Source: a virus
Lineage: Duplodnaviria; Caudoviricetes
IMG/VR virus record: IMGVR_UViG_3300037067_027616
Span: 1 to 64,000 of that record
DNA length: 64,000 nt
Strand: one strand, 5' to 3'
Shown here: positions 10,071-19,439 of the stretch, piece after piece
How positions within the stretch are numbered: the first letter of the stretch is position 1
Layout: each line of letters starts with the position of its first letter
The notes under the pieces: generated by a model
Told to the model about the DNA's origin: nothing
The model's input: the letters and a program-made list of their open reading frames with translations, nothing else
Databases searched by the model: none
Made by a program: the position numbers and the translations under genes

Positions 10071-11014
10071 CAAAAAAGTGTTTCTATGATTGGTGCTTGC
10101 CTACTGTTCTGAATAAGAACTTCCCGGACATATCAAAACGAGTAGCCGCATGCATATTATGGGGATCCCAAGCCATAGACAATGATGACGATATATCTAC
10201 AGATCACGGATGGGGGCCGCTATTTGACCTTTTGTTGACTGAAGAAGACTACAACAAATATGGGGTCAATTTGCAAGTTTGTCTCAATGGATCCGGTAAA
10301 AAAGATTATCCGGGATATCTGCTACAGCCTGGGTCAAGAAATTATAGGCCGGAAATAAGTATGCGAGGGGATGAGGTATTAGAAGCTACAATAAACGTCA
10401 TGAGTATCCCGGGCTTCTTACAAAAGTTATTTAATAATGCATATCCTTTGCAAGGCCTTTCCTCCTGGAAGTACCTAGATGAAAGTATACTGTACTTCTG
10501 CAGGCACGGTAAAATTTTTTATGACCCCCTACAGGTTTTAACAGAAGAGTTGAAGCCCTATAAAAATTACCCGGAAGCCATATTAAAAAGAAGGGTGTAT
10601 ACTGAATTGAGAAAATTTTGTATGTTTGGACACTACAATTATGAAAGGATTGTAAGAAGGAATGACCTTGTAACCATATCTATATGTAAGACAGGTTTGG
10701 TCAATTCTGCTATGGCTCTTGTGATGCTCCTGAACAATGACTATGCCCCTTATTTCAAGTGGCTTCATGCAGAGTTCCTGAAGCAACCTAACTCCGCAGA
10801 ATTGAACCTTGATTTGATGAGCCTTATGAAAACAGACAGTATAGAAGAGCAATTGCTTCTAATTAAAAAAATAGAACATTTTATACAAAATAGTTTGGCG
10901 GGAAGCGAGTATTATTGCGCTTATTTTATTGGGAAACCTATGTCAATAATATATCTTGAGGATATTCTTACGGCTATAAAAGCAGATATTCCAGAAGAAA
11001 TATTGTATGCGTAG
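10049..11014 (+). CDS. DUF4037-family protein (predicted nucleotidyltransferase-like)
   Basis: GS....DDDISTDHGWGP, GKIFYDP, YP, YAPYFKWL. Confidence 0.8.
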   Translation: MGSGFEIAKKCFYDWCLPTVLNKNFPDISKRVAACILWGSQAIDNDDDISTDHGWGPLFDLLLTEEDYNKYGVNLQVCLNGSGKKDYPGYLLQPGSRNYRPEISMRGDEVLEATINVMSIPGFLQKLFNNAYPLQGLSSWKYLDESILYFCRHGKIFYDPLQVLTEELKPYKNYPEAILKRRVYTELRKFCMFGHYNYERIVRRNDLVTISICKTGLVNSAMALVMLLNNDYAPYFKWLHAEFLKQPNSAELNLDLMSLMKTDSIEEQLLLIKKIEHFIQNSLAGSEYYCAYFIGKPMSIIYLEDILTAIKADIPEEILYA

Positions 11015-11072
11015 AACAAAAATTTGATAGCATTCATACCGTTTGTGTATCGCCATAGGGGTACAAAGTTGT

Positions 11073-11101
11073 TTAAAACCGACCTAGTCAGACGGTATAT
11101 T
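11073..11101 (+). promoter_or_regulatory. Promoter TTAAAA-N17-TATATT with palindromic spacer (copy 2)
   Basis: Near-identical to 9458-9486; upstream of the AAAGGA RBS of 11139. Confidence 0.65.
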
Positions 11102-11138
11102 GTGAGTATATAGATACCAAATTGAAAGGACAAATAAT

Positions 11139-11561
11139 ATGAAAACTAAAAACACATACATGACCAAACGTCTGATGAAACAAATCGCCGCCGGAGGTAT
11201 CATCATAGCACCCAGGGTATCTGGGAAAACGACTGCGATCGTTGAGTTGATGTGTAAAGATCCATCGTCATACGTGTTGGTGGCCCTCAATCACAATATG
11301 GCCTGTTATATTAGAAGCGCCCTCAAGGAAAAAGGATTCTCCGATGCCGACCGCCGTGTGATTCTGCCAAACAACGTCGACAAACTGCGTGGGAGACCCC
11401 CATACAAAGTGATAATAGATGAGGCCTTCTGGAACCCGGCATTCTACAACAATCAACCCTACCATTGTGCATTGTCCAGCGCCCCAAAAAGAATGGTCGT
11501 GTACAACAAAAAGGGCCGGCAGATAACCGTGAATAACCAAGACGTTTGGAATGGTCAATAA
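11139..11561 (+). CDS. Small P-loop NTPase-like protein
   Basis: IIAPRVSGKTT (Walker A-like) and VIIDEA (Walker B-like) in 140 aa. Confidence 0.6.
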   Translation: MKTKNTYMTKRLMKQIAAGGIIIAPRVSGKTTAIVELMCKDPSSYVLVALNHNMACYIRSALKEKGFSDADRRVILPNNVDKLRGRPPYKVIIDEAFWNPAFYNNQPYHCALSSAPKRMVVYNKKGRQITVNNQDVWNGQ

Positions 11562-11580
11562 AATATAAAAAGGAGTACAT

Positions 11581-12384
11581 ATGGCGTACATATCGGTGAT
11601 GGCCTGGCTCAAGGCAATGAAGTATCACGCCTGCGAAAAAAGTAAATTGATCGCGGCGGACGACCCGGCATACGAAGCTGTCAGGTACCAATGCCTGCAA
11701 TGCGGTAATATATTCGGGATACATAAAAAATTGATAGTAAACAGGCCTTTGTTTTACAAGGAGTTTTTCAACAAGGGCTTCGAAGAAAGAAAGGCACTCG
11801 TGGATCGTTTGTGCGAACCTTATTTCGAATGCTACGGATGTCTCAAAGATGAATGCCCGGTTGGGTGCATAAAAGAGGGTCTTGGAGTTCGAGGATATCC
11901 GGTGGAACAATCAGTTAAGAAGATGAAGACGTCAAAGGATTGTGTTGTCGTTGGTGACTACATCCTCAGTAAAGGATTTGAGGTTGAAGTTACACCGACG
12001 GCCACCATTACGCATGCCATTATTTGTTTCCCGATAACAAAAGAAATAAAAGCAACTGTTTCATTATCCAGATTTTACCTAAATCAAAATTTTGAAGAGG
12101 TAGAACAAACCGAGAAATGCTCAACGGACAAATCACCCGAGGAAAATAAAAAGCCGTATACGATTATAATACTGCAGGACACACGGGTGGTATTCAATGG
12201 AACGTTCCCCGAGTGTGACATCAACCAATCCCGTGAGGTGCTACCCCATTACAGTATGGATAAAGCTAATTGGGGGCAGGCTGACTCGCTTCACGTGACC
12301 CCAGGTTCAGAATGTATCACCATATGTGCAAGCAGCAACCTAGCCGCATCGATCGCCGAAGGAAAGCACAATATAAAAAAGTAG
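11581..12384 (+). CDS. Hypothetical protein with Cys clusters
   Basis: AAGGAG RBS; CLQC and CYGC...CP.GC. Confidence 0.6.
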   Translation: MAYISVMAWLKAMKYHACEKSKLIAADDPAYEAVRYQCLQCGNIFGIHKKLIVNRPLFYKEFFNKGFEERKALVDRLCEPYFECYGCLKDECPVGCIKEGLGVRGYPVEQSVKKMKTSKDCVVVGDYILSKGFEVEVTPTATITHAIICFPITKEIKATVSLSRFYLNQNFEEVEQTEKCSTDKSPEENKKPYTIIILQDTRVVFNGTFPECDINQSREVLPHYSMDKANWGQADSLHVTPGSECITICASSNLAASIAEGKHNIKK

Positions 12385-12390
12385 CCCGCC

Positions 12391-13080
12391 ATGGTGAACA
12401 TAAATGAGTTTTGCGACAGGCTGATCATGGACATGACGAGCCACCTTCGGCAAAGGTCGAGGATGGATCTCCTCTGCCAAAGTCGCGCATCGTGCAAAGC
12501 CATCGTGAAGAGTTGCATCGATATAGAGCCGGACTATGTGCTTGAACTCGGCACCAACTACGGACTGTCGACCCTGTCCCTGGCATACGCACTCACCATC
12601 CTCGGCAAATGCCTGTCAGCACTTACTACCATCGATATCGACCACGGACATTGGCTCAATGAAACCCCGGATATACAAAGGGGCCTGCTGTTGAACGCCG
12701 GAATAGACTTAAAAAATATACGTGTGGTGAGCGGGGACTTCAATCTCCTTAATCCGCAATGGCTTTTAAAAGAGGGTAAGGTCCTTGTGTTTTATGATAT
12801 TCATGACACAGGGTCAGTGTCTTACATGAAGAAGTTCATAGAAGAGTGGATACCTCTGTTCGATCACGGCTACGTCATGGTCCACGACTGCTACCCTCTT
12901 GGGAGGGCCTATTGGATAGATCGCAACAATCCGGATTTACCGGTGAGTTCAGCCAAGCACTTCTCGGGACTGTCCCTCGAAGGGTACGGAGAATGTAAAG
13001 TGCTTATCGATTGGCTCAATGAACAAAAGAGATCTGTGTGCATATTTCCAGAAGTGCCAACAATAAAATTCACGATATGA
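12391..13080 (+). CDS. Class I SAM methyltransferase (Methyltransf_24-like)
   Basis: VLELGTNYGLST, TIDID, GDF, FYDIH, VMVHD. Confidence 0.8.
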   Translation: MVNINEFCDRLIMDMTSHLRQRSRMDLLCQSRASCKAIVKSCIDIEPDYVLELGTNYGLSTLSLAYALTILGKCLSALTTIDIDHGHWLNETPDIQRGLLLNAGIDLKNIRVVSGDFNLLNPQWLLKEGKVLVFYDIHDTGSVSYMKKFIEEWIPLFDHGYVMVHDCYPLGRAYWIDRNNPDLPVSSAKHFSGLSLEGYGECKVLIDWLNEQKRSVCIFPEVPTIKFTI

Positions 13081-13835
13081 TTAAATTTGTGATAGTGTCC
13101 CCCGGAAGGACAGGTAGCCAGCTAATTAAGACTTTGTTGCAAAGCAATCCTTCTGTTTATGTTTTTGGAGAAGCCTTTCATTCTTCTGATAAGTCAGAGT
13201 CAATTTTTTTGGAGAGAGTTTCAAAAGGTATTCGGGATCCAATTCAGGTGCTTAATCAAATATATGAAGAAGATTTACGATATAAAGCAAAAGGATTCAA
13301 GCTACTTTACAACCAAGCTAGAGGTATTAGAGAACCTAAAACAGCAAAATACTCTCAAGTTGCTTTTGGTGATGACCTCGTATGGCATGAGTTGCAAAGG
13401 CAACAAGATATTAAAATAATACACTCTATCCGGGATAATGGTTTGGCTCGTATTATTTCCTTTAATGTTGCATTGACTTCACAAGTTTGGCACTACAACT
13501 CTGATAAAGATATTCCCTTTGTTAAAATTAAGTTAGACCCTAAGTATTGTGAGGACGAATGGTCTTTTTGTGAAAATACCGAAAAGGAAGTGGACAATGA
13601 TTTTTTAAAAAACCCTATGTTTAAAATTGAGTACAAAGATCTATCTGAAGATATCCAAGGGACATCAAAAAAGATACAAGATTTTTTGGGAATAAAGACT
13701 GAAAAATTAACCAGCCAACTCAAAAAGGTAAATAGTAATCCTTTTGATCATTTGGAAAATTATGAAGAACTAAAAGGCTATTTTAAAGGAACAAAATGGG
13801 AGCGGTTTTTTCTTGATAACTCGAAAATTATATAA
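13077..13835 (+). CDS. Sulfotransferase (Stf0-like)
   Basis: 5'-PSB-like SPGRTGSQL, GEAF, GFKL, 3'-PB-like RDN.LARIIS, YKDL, FLG, NYEEL; ATGA overlap. Confidence 0.85.
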   Translation: MIKFVIVSPGRTGSQLIKTLLQSNPSVYVFGEAFHSSDKSESIFLERVSKGIRDPIQVLNQIYEEDLRYKAKGFKLLYNQARGIREPKTAKYSQVAFGDDLVWHELQRQQDIKIIHSIRDNGLARIISFNVALTSQVWHYNSDKDIPFVKIKLDPKYCEDEWSFCENTEKEVDNDFLKNPMFKIEYKDLSEDIQGTSKKIQDFLGIKTEKLTSQLKKVNSNPFDHLENYEELKGYFKGTKWERFFLDNSKII

Positions 13836-13863
13836 GTAACAACCATATGAAAGGATCCCCCGC

Positions 13864-14181
13864 ATGCCAATGCCGGAAAGCAAAGTGATAGGGATACTGT
13901 CCGCCGCTCTATTGAGGGCTTTAGAGAATCAAGGCGGAGAGCGGTTCAATAACTGTGATTCAGTCGGGTTCGTACACACCACCATATCCCCGGAAGACAA
14001 GACGGAAACGTGGATAGTGAAGTTCGACCCCAAGACGTGTGCCTTTGGGATACTCCCTGTCGAAACCGACAAGTACCCCGATGGGGCTATCCTCTACTAC
14101 CATGGGGACATGGCTGAAACCGTCACCCAGGCGGCCCTGTACGGGGATCAAGTAGCCGATGATATCGATGATAAAGGATAG
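13864..14181 (+). CDS. Hypothetical protein
   Basis: AAAGGA RBS, 105 aa. Confidence 0.55.
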   Translation: MPMPESKVIGILSAALLRALENQGGERFNNCDSVGFVHTTISPEDKTETWIVKFDPKTCAFGILPVETDKYPDGAILYYHGDMAETVTQAALYGDQVADDIDDKG

Positions 14182-14605
14182 GCTACTAATCGAACTCGTC
14201 CCCAAGACTGCTTGGCACGAGAATCTGCGATCTATAATCCCTGCTAAAGAATGGAATAAGGTACGTACCGCAACCTATGCAAAGGCCGGGTACCGCTGCG
14301 AGATATGCGGGGGTATCGGCCCCACCCATCCCGTGGAGTGCCACGAGCGGTGGGAATACGATGACGAGGGGCATGTGCAGAAACTCATCGGACTCATCGC
14401 CCTATGCCCCCTGTGCCACCTCTCAAAGCACATAGGCCTTGCGGAAGTAAAAGGAAGGCTTGAGGAAGTCGCCACCCATATCATGAAAGTAAACGGGTGG
14501 TCACGGAAGCAATACGAGAAACACCGGAGCGAGGCCTTCAAAGTGTGGGAAAAAAGAAGCCATCATAAATGGACGGTGGACATTTCATGTATCCGCTCTG
14601 TTTGA
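14168..14605 (+). CDS. HNH endonuclease-like protein
   Basis: CEICG...VECHERWEYDD...LIALCPLCHLSKH. Confidence 0.85.
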   Translation: MIKDRLLIELVPKTAWHENLRSIIPAKEWNKVRTATYAKAGYRCEICGGIGPTHPVECHERWEYDDEGHVQKLIGLIALCPLCHLSKHIGLAEVKGRLEEVATHIMKVNGWSRKQYEKHRSEAFKVWEKRSHHKWTVDISCIRSV

Positions 14606-15436
14606 CTACTCACGTACATAGTGGTTTTCGTATTTGTGGTAGACGCTGATCCCCGGGTTAATACGGTTGAGGCGTAGACCCCCGATCACAAACGCACCTC
14701 TGATGTTCTTTCTTCCACCAAAGACTATAAGCATGCGATCCCCGAGCAAGCGTACTACCACGTCAGGGTGGCCTTCCAAGGTGATAGGTGTACCATTATC
14801 GTAGATTTCCTTATCTCGGAAACAATATTCTTTTATTATTTCGTTCACGTCCGTTTCCGAATCGTACACAGCAGAACTCACTGACCACAGCCACTCCGAG
14901 TCGTACACAGGCGTGTAGTCCACGCCAGGACATACACCGAGTACTTTGACAGCATCAGCAGGGTCAAGGCGGTACTTGGTATGTCCTTCGAAGAACCAAT
15001 GGCTTCGTATGAGGTGCACAAGAAGCTTGGAGGGGGTGATAACGACCCCGTCTTTGCTCATTCTGAAATCTGTATCAGATAGAGCGAAGTTATCCCTGCC
15101 TTTGTTTTTGCGTGATGCACACCCCCACGGGCAACCTTGATATCCCATCCATGAAGTCCAGGTGACGTGTATGCCGTCCACGTCTATTCCATTATGCACT
15201 TCCTTAAAGTAGTCGAGGTCATCGTTCTCGAACACCCTCATGTGAATTATACGTAAAGCGCGGCCGATGACGTACTCAAGGCGATCGGCGATCTGCTTGT
15301 GGGTTACCCCAAGATCCTTGAGGGTGGTGGCATCCTTGTCGATGACTCCCTGCAGGGGCTCTCCTTCTGCCAGGAAACCCCCTTCGGAACTACTGTTTGG
15401 GTACAGGATAGACTCATCGATCGTTTTATCAGTCAT
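14606..15436 (-). CDS. Conserved-looking hypothetical protein
   Basis: GFL..GE, LGVTHKQIA, GYQGCPW, HLIRSHWFFEG..YRLDP; AAAGGA RBS. Confidence 0.6.
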   Translation of the reverse strand: MTDKTIDESILYPNSSSEGGFLAEGEPLQGVIDKDATTLKDLGVTHKQIADRLEYVIGRALRIIHMRVFENDDLDYFKEVHNGIDVDGIHVTWTSWMGYQGCPWGCASRKNKGRDNFALSDTDFRMSKDGVVITPSKLLVHLIRSHWFFEGHTKYRLDPADAVKVLGVCPGVDYTPVYDSEWLWSVSSAVYDSETDVNEIIKEYCFRDKEIYDNGTPITLEGHPDVVVRLLGDRMLIVFGGRKNIRGAFVIGGLRLNRINPGISVYHKYENHYVRE

Positions 15437-15461
15437 GATTGGTCCTTTAAACATCGTGGGA

Positions 15462-15698
15462 CTAGAATTTGACCTCATCCCCCACCACAAGGACGAGGCT
15501 GCCATCGTGCTTCCCGCCGTGCTGAAGTTCCAGGCCCTTCAAATAGAAGGAGCATGTCGGAGTGCGTATCAGAACGGGCCGGGATGTCTGAACAGGGGTG
15601 CCATTTCTGATAATGGAGGCGTTGCGCATGAAGGAAAACAATTCCGGCTCGGTCTTCTTGAATGTCGGCTTTGCTTTTGGCTTCTGGATTCTTGGCAT
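15462..15698 (-). CDS. Hypothetical protein
   Basis: First ATG downstream of the promoter at 15729-15757. Confidence 0.5.
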   Translation of the reverse strand: MPRIQKPKAKPTFKKTEPELFSFMRNASIIRNGTPVQTSRPVLIRTPTCSFYLKGLELQHGGKHDGSLVLVVGDEVKF

Positions 15699-15728
15699 AG
15701 TTCTTCTTTCTGTTTGATTGCACACAAG

Positions 15729-15757
15729 AATATACCTTTTGGAAGGCCCTTTGTAAA
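15729..15757 (-). promoter_or_regulatory. sigma70-like promoter TTTACA-N17-TATATT
   Basis: Exact hexamers; AAAAGG immediately before the -10. Confidence 0.75.
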
Positions 15758-15769
15758 GTCGATGAGGCC

Positions 15770-16228
15770 TTGTACCGGGACGGTGGGTTCTACGGGAATA
15801 ACCGAAAGTTGGTGGAAGAGGTTTACTTCCTCGCCCATAAGTACCTGGTGGTGCGGTGCGCCAGAATCCTCGGCAATAGCCCTGACAGCCTCTTGGATAG
15901 GCTGTTGGAGTATCGGCCTATACCTTACACCCTCGACAGTTACCTTCAATTCGTGGGCCTTAATGACGTTTTAGGACTCCTATCAACTTGTATAGACAAG
16001 TTACGGATACCCACAGTGGTCACGGCTGCTGGATCCGGGTGTGTCACGGTTGAGGAGCTTTGCGCTACTGCGCAGGTGACTCCTGTCATCGCCGATGGCG
16101 CCAAGAAGGTTATTCGGGATTGTGACTCGAGTATAGCCGACAGGATGCACCCGTTCAAGTCCTCCATGGATTATGCCAAGGATTACATCGACCGCAGGAA
16201 GGTGCAAGAGGCCTTCATACGGGGGTAG
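15770..16228 (+). CDS. Hypothetical protein (start uncertain)
   Basis: Fills the gap between minus-strand genes and abuts 16229; protein-like composition. Confidence 0.4.
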   Translation: MYRDGGFYGNNRKLVEEVYFLAHKYLVVRCARILGNSPDSLLDRLLEYRPIPYTLDSYLQFVGLNDVLGLLSTCIDKLRIPTVVTAAGSGCVTVEELCATAQVTPVIADGAKKVIRDCDSSIADRMHPFKSSMDYAKDYIDRRKVQEAFIRG

Positions 16229-16519
16229 TCATTCGGAGATCCTGGATGTCCGGATCTTGTATCCTTTTTTCCTCAGTCTGCCGGCAACAAATTTTGCCAT
16301 ATCTTCCGCGTTTCCACGGCTGAAATAGGCCCCTCTGATGGTGAGTTCGTGACCCTTCGGGTTCCAGATGTCGGTGGCGCAGCTCCACCCCCACGGTTGC
16401 TTCGAGGTGCCAAAACCGGGGAAGCAAGACTGCAGATGCTCGGGAAGATCATCGACTACCTTGTCGACGTCCCCCTCGAGGATGTCCTTGTCCGCCTTCA
16501 ATGTGCATGACCAACTCAT
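16229..16519 (-). CDS. Hypothetical protein
   Basis: AGGAGG RBS. Confidence 0.65.
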   Translation of the reverse strand: MSWSCTLKADKDILEGDVDKVVDDLPEHLQSCFPGFGTSKQPWGWSCATDIWNPKGHELTIRGAYFSRGNAEDMAKFVAGRLRKKGYKIRTSRISE

Positions 16520-16552
16520 AAAAAACCTCCTGTTATTCTGTGCATTTGATGT

Positions 16553-17065
16553 TCATCGCCCACTGTCGTAGAGCGTCCAATCGAGCTTTTTCTTGCTGTG
16601 CGACTTCTCCGCCACATGACTATCGCAGGACTTCTCCGGCGGGCCACTCCTACCGGGGCAGGAGACCCAAACGTGAAGGTAGTTGTTGTTGACACTCTTC
16701 AGTTTCTTGCACGTGAAGCAGGCGGAGGACTCCCACCTCTTGACTTGCTGTTTGACCCGCCTCTTCATCTCCGTCATTATCTTGTGGATCTCCTCCGGGG
16801 AAAACTCCAAAGAGTCCCTGTAGACGGAAAGGAACGATTGGTGCACCCACGACTTCTCTGAACACTTTGGACACTCGGACACGACGAAGAACGAGTCGGT
16901 TTTGTAGTTGGCAACCATGCCCAAGACGATCTCAACAGTGTGTTCTTCCCACTTCTTCGTGGTGTACTCGGCATCGCAGGACGGACACGTCTGGAAGTCT
17001 CCTCTGTGGTTGAGGTGACTCAACGCATTGGAGTCGTGAAAGGTTCTTGTCGTGGCGGCAGGCAT
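16553..17065 (-). CDS. Hypothetical Zn-binding protein
   Basis: Three CxxC pairs; AAGGA RBS. Confidence 0.6.
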   Translation of the reverse strand: MPAATTRTFHDSNALSHLNHRGDFQTCPSCDAEYTTKKWEEHTVEIVLGMVANYKTDSFFVVSECPKCSEKSWVHQSFLSVYRDSLEFSPEEIHKIMTEMKRRVKQQVKRWESSACFTCKKLKSVNNNYLHVWVSCPGRSGPPEKSCDSHVAEKSHSKKKLDWTLYDSGR

Positions 17066-17124
17066 AAATGTCCTTCCCGGGATCCTAACGACTTTGGACG
17101 CTAATCACCGATGGCGTCCAGCAC

Positions 17125-17388
17125 CTATTGAACCGCCGCCTCTACCCTGTCGTCCTTCATAGGCGTCACGCCGGCACCCAAGACAGCGAGGTATTCCGTA
17201 CCCGTCTTCGTGTCCTGCAGGACGAGGATATCTTGTACATGCCCCGCAGCGGTGGTGAAGTATTGAGCGGACACTGTCTTTATGCGGCCGGTTTGGGCGT
17301 TTTCTTTGAGGCTGGTGTTTACACGCGAAGTCGGATCTGAACATCCTGCCACCACCGCCAAAGCCACTGCCAAAATAATTGCTTTCAT
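17125..17388 (-). CDS. Predicted lipoprotein
   Basis: MKAIILAVALAVVAG-C lipobox; GGAGG RBS. Confidence 0.7.
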   Translation of the reverse strand: MKAIILAVALAVVAGCSDPTSRVNTSLKENAQTGRIKTVSAQYFTTAAGHVQDILVLQDTKTGTEYLAVLGAGVTPMKDDRVEAAVQ

Positions 17389-17861
17389 GACTTCCCTCCT
17401 TGTGTAGAAGTACGTAACGCTACATTCTTTTTGGCTTGATCCCAATTGCCCTTGAAAAACTCACCACAACACTCCCCTCCCTCACTCACCAACCTCCAAA
17501 AACCGTATCCCGACAATATGGCCAGATATACCGCACACAAAAAACCGGGGACTATCATGCCTATAACGGCGCAACTATAGAAACCATTGAATGGGCACAT
17601 AGTATCCCGCAACCATATCGCGGCAAGAAAATCATACCCTATACCCGTGATATAGGACAACGTAAACAAGCAGTACCCGAGAAAAATAGTACCCCCTATG
17701 ATCGCGGCAAAAACTAAAACAATCATGACTATAATCGCTACCGCGACATACAGAAGATGACATATCACCTTGATCGCTCCCCACAACTCAACGAGCTTCA
17801 ACCTCAAAAATTCAATGACTACTGGCATATCAAACCCCCTTGTAACAGATAAAATGATCAC
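17385..17861 (-). CDS. Membrane protein (paralogue of 17858-18205)
   Basis: Two or more hydrophobic segments; FLRLKL...GNW. Confidence 0.6.
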   Translation of the reverse strand: MIILSVTRGFDMPVVIEFLRLKLVELWGAIKVICHLLYVAVAIIVMIVLVFAAIIGGTIFLGYCLFTLSYITGIGYDFLAAIWLRDTMCPFNGFYSCAVIGMIVPGFLCAVYLAILSGYGFWRLVSEGGECCGEFFKGNWDQAKKNVALRTSTQGGKS

Positions 17862-18205
17862 TTATCATCCTGTATGGCCATAATACTGGCCCGAGACCAG
17901 TTTGACCCTATCCACGTGCATACCGTGTAACATAAAAAAACAACAAAAGCGATAAGCCCGGATACCATGAAAAACACACAACCAATCACGAAAGGAGCCC
18001 CCAACCAAGTCTCCTTGCGCAGGACATCCTGAAACAGTACAGATAAAGGACTGATAAACGCTATAGACAGGAAACCTACCAACCATAAAGAAAAAAGAAC
18101 AACCAGAGTAAACAGCAAACAGGCCCCAAAAACTTGTAGCCCTGTGCCTATCTCCTGCAGCTTCAACTTGAGAAAGATGCCAAACACCTTAATGAAATCT
18201 TTCAT
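17858..18205 (-). CDS. Membrane protein
   Basis: Two hydrophobic segments; GAGGAG RBS; FLKLKL...SNW. Confidence 0.65.
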   Translation of the reverse strand: MKDFIKVFGIFLKLKLQEIGTGLQVFGACLLFTLVVLFSLWLVGFLSIAFISPLSVLFQDVLRKETWLGAPFVIGCVFFMVSGLIAFVVFLCYTVCTWIGSNWSRASIMAIQDDK

Positions 18206-18442
18206 ACTAAAATCTCCTCGTTTGTAGATATCCTTCCAGTAAGTAACTTAAAAAGTTACTTACGGGCGATAAGTTTCTTGTCCTTTGGGTTCTTTCGGTG
18301 GTAGTGATCTTGCAATCGAAGCTGGCGCAAGCACTCCCGGCACAACGCCGAAGGCTTGTTCGTATGAAACAACTCGCACCCGATACAGGTGTATTGCTTC
18401 ATGACTTCGGTAAGTGGTTTTTTTCTCATACCTGTTCCTGGC

Positions 18443-18832
18443 CTATGGCCTATCGTTCGTGATAAGCTCCGGGGGATGCCCCGCATCCCACAGCGCCTTG
18501 GCACCCGGCCGACAATTGATGGCGTTCATGGATCCCGCGATGCTGTGCAGGACAAAAAGGTGGGGTTCCTCGGCGGCGATGCAATTTTTAACATTTTCGA
18601 AATCCTCGAACTCAACCACCCGCGGCATGAATTGGATGTAATGAATGCAGGCCGACATGCTTCGTTCGTAGGAAAGGCTATGTGCCTCATCGTATATGTC
18701 TGAAAAGTACTTCTTTGCGGATTTTATATTCTTGAAACCTTGTATGGCACCATCCTTGGTGGCCATGATGTAAACGTTTTCATCCGAGCCTTTGACCAAC
18801 ACAAGGCATTTTGCCACGTCTTCATTTGACAT
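18443..18832 (-). CDS. Hypothetical protein
   Basis: Coupled to its neighbours in the minus-strand run. Confidence 0.6.
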   Translation of the reverse strand: MSNEDVAKCLVLVKGSDENVYIMATKDGAIQGFKNIKSAKKYFSDIYDEAHSLSYERSMSACIHYIQFMPRVVEFEDFENVKNCIAAEEPHLFVLHSIAGSMNAINCRPGAKALWDAGHPPELITNDRP

Positions 18833-19436
18833 GCTGTTTCCCCAATTTTTTGGCTACCTTTTGTGCCTCACGATCGGCCATTATCTTTTCCATCGTGAGC
18901 AACATGGGACTCACATGGAGAGAGTGGTCGCGCACTTTCATCGCGAACAGCAACAGACCTGCTTGGTCATCGATGTGATAGGACGTTACATAAGGGCTTC
19001 CGTCCTTCTGCAGATCGTCCGACACCACGTACTCCCCGCTGTCGACCATATTTTTAATAGAGTCTAACATCACCGGGCTGTCGGAGAACTGCTTCAATTC
19101 GGCCTCGTATTTGTGTCGGGGCCACAATATGGATCCATTATCATTAAGCCAATAGACCCACGCCTCCGGTGCAGGACACCCACAATGACCATGCACCCTG
19201 ACCGTACGTGCGCCTTCGGGGTGTGCGTAGAGTTCCTTTGCCACATTCAAGGGCATCGGTCCTTCCACCATCCAATAATACCAAGCACGAGTGAACGTGA
19301 ACGGTCCCAAGCGTCCGCCGATGGACGCAGGCACCTCGTATCCCTTCCTGTCCAAAGGGATCACGTCTATGCAGGCGCGATCCAATTCCTCTTTGATGTA
19401 CTTGTCGCATTCTTTGTCACCGGCGAGGTTTTTCAC
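18822..19436 (-). CDS. Hypothetical phage-type protein
   Basis: MKNLAG, FTRAWYYW, RVHGHCGC, YHIDDQAGL; AAAGGA RBS. Confidence 0.65.
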   Translation of the reverse strand: MKNLAGDKECDKYIKEELDRACIDVIPLDRKGYEVPASIGGRLGPFTFTRAWYYWMVEGPMPLNVAKELYAHPEGARTVRVHGHCGCPAPEAWVYWLNDNGSILWPRHKYEAELKQFSDSPVMLDSIKNMVDSGEYVVSDDLQKDGSPYVTSYHIDDQAGLLLFAMKVRDHSLHVSPMLLTMEKIMADREAQKVAKKLGKQHVK

Positions 19437-19439
19437 AAG

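Noticed and set aside
11139-11561. Terminase large subunit
   Set aside because: Only 140 aa, with no nuclease domain and no continuation in the next ORF
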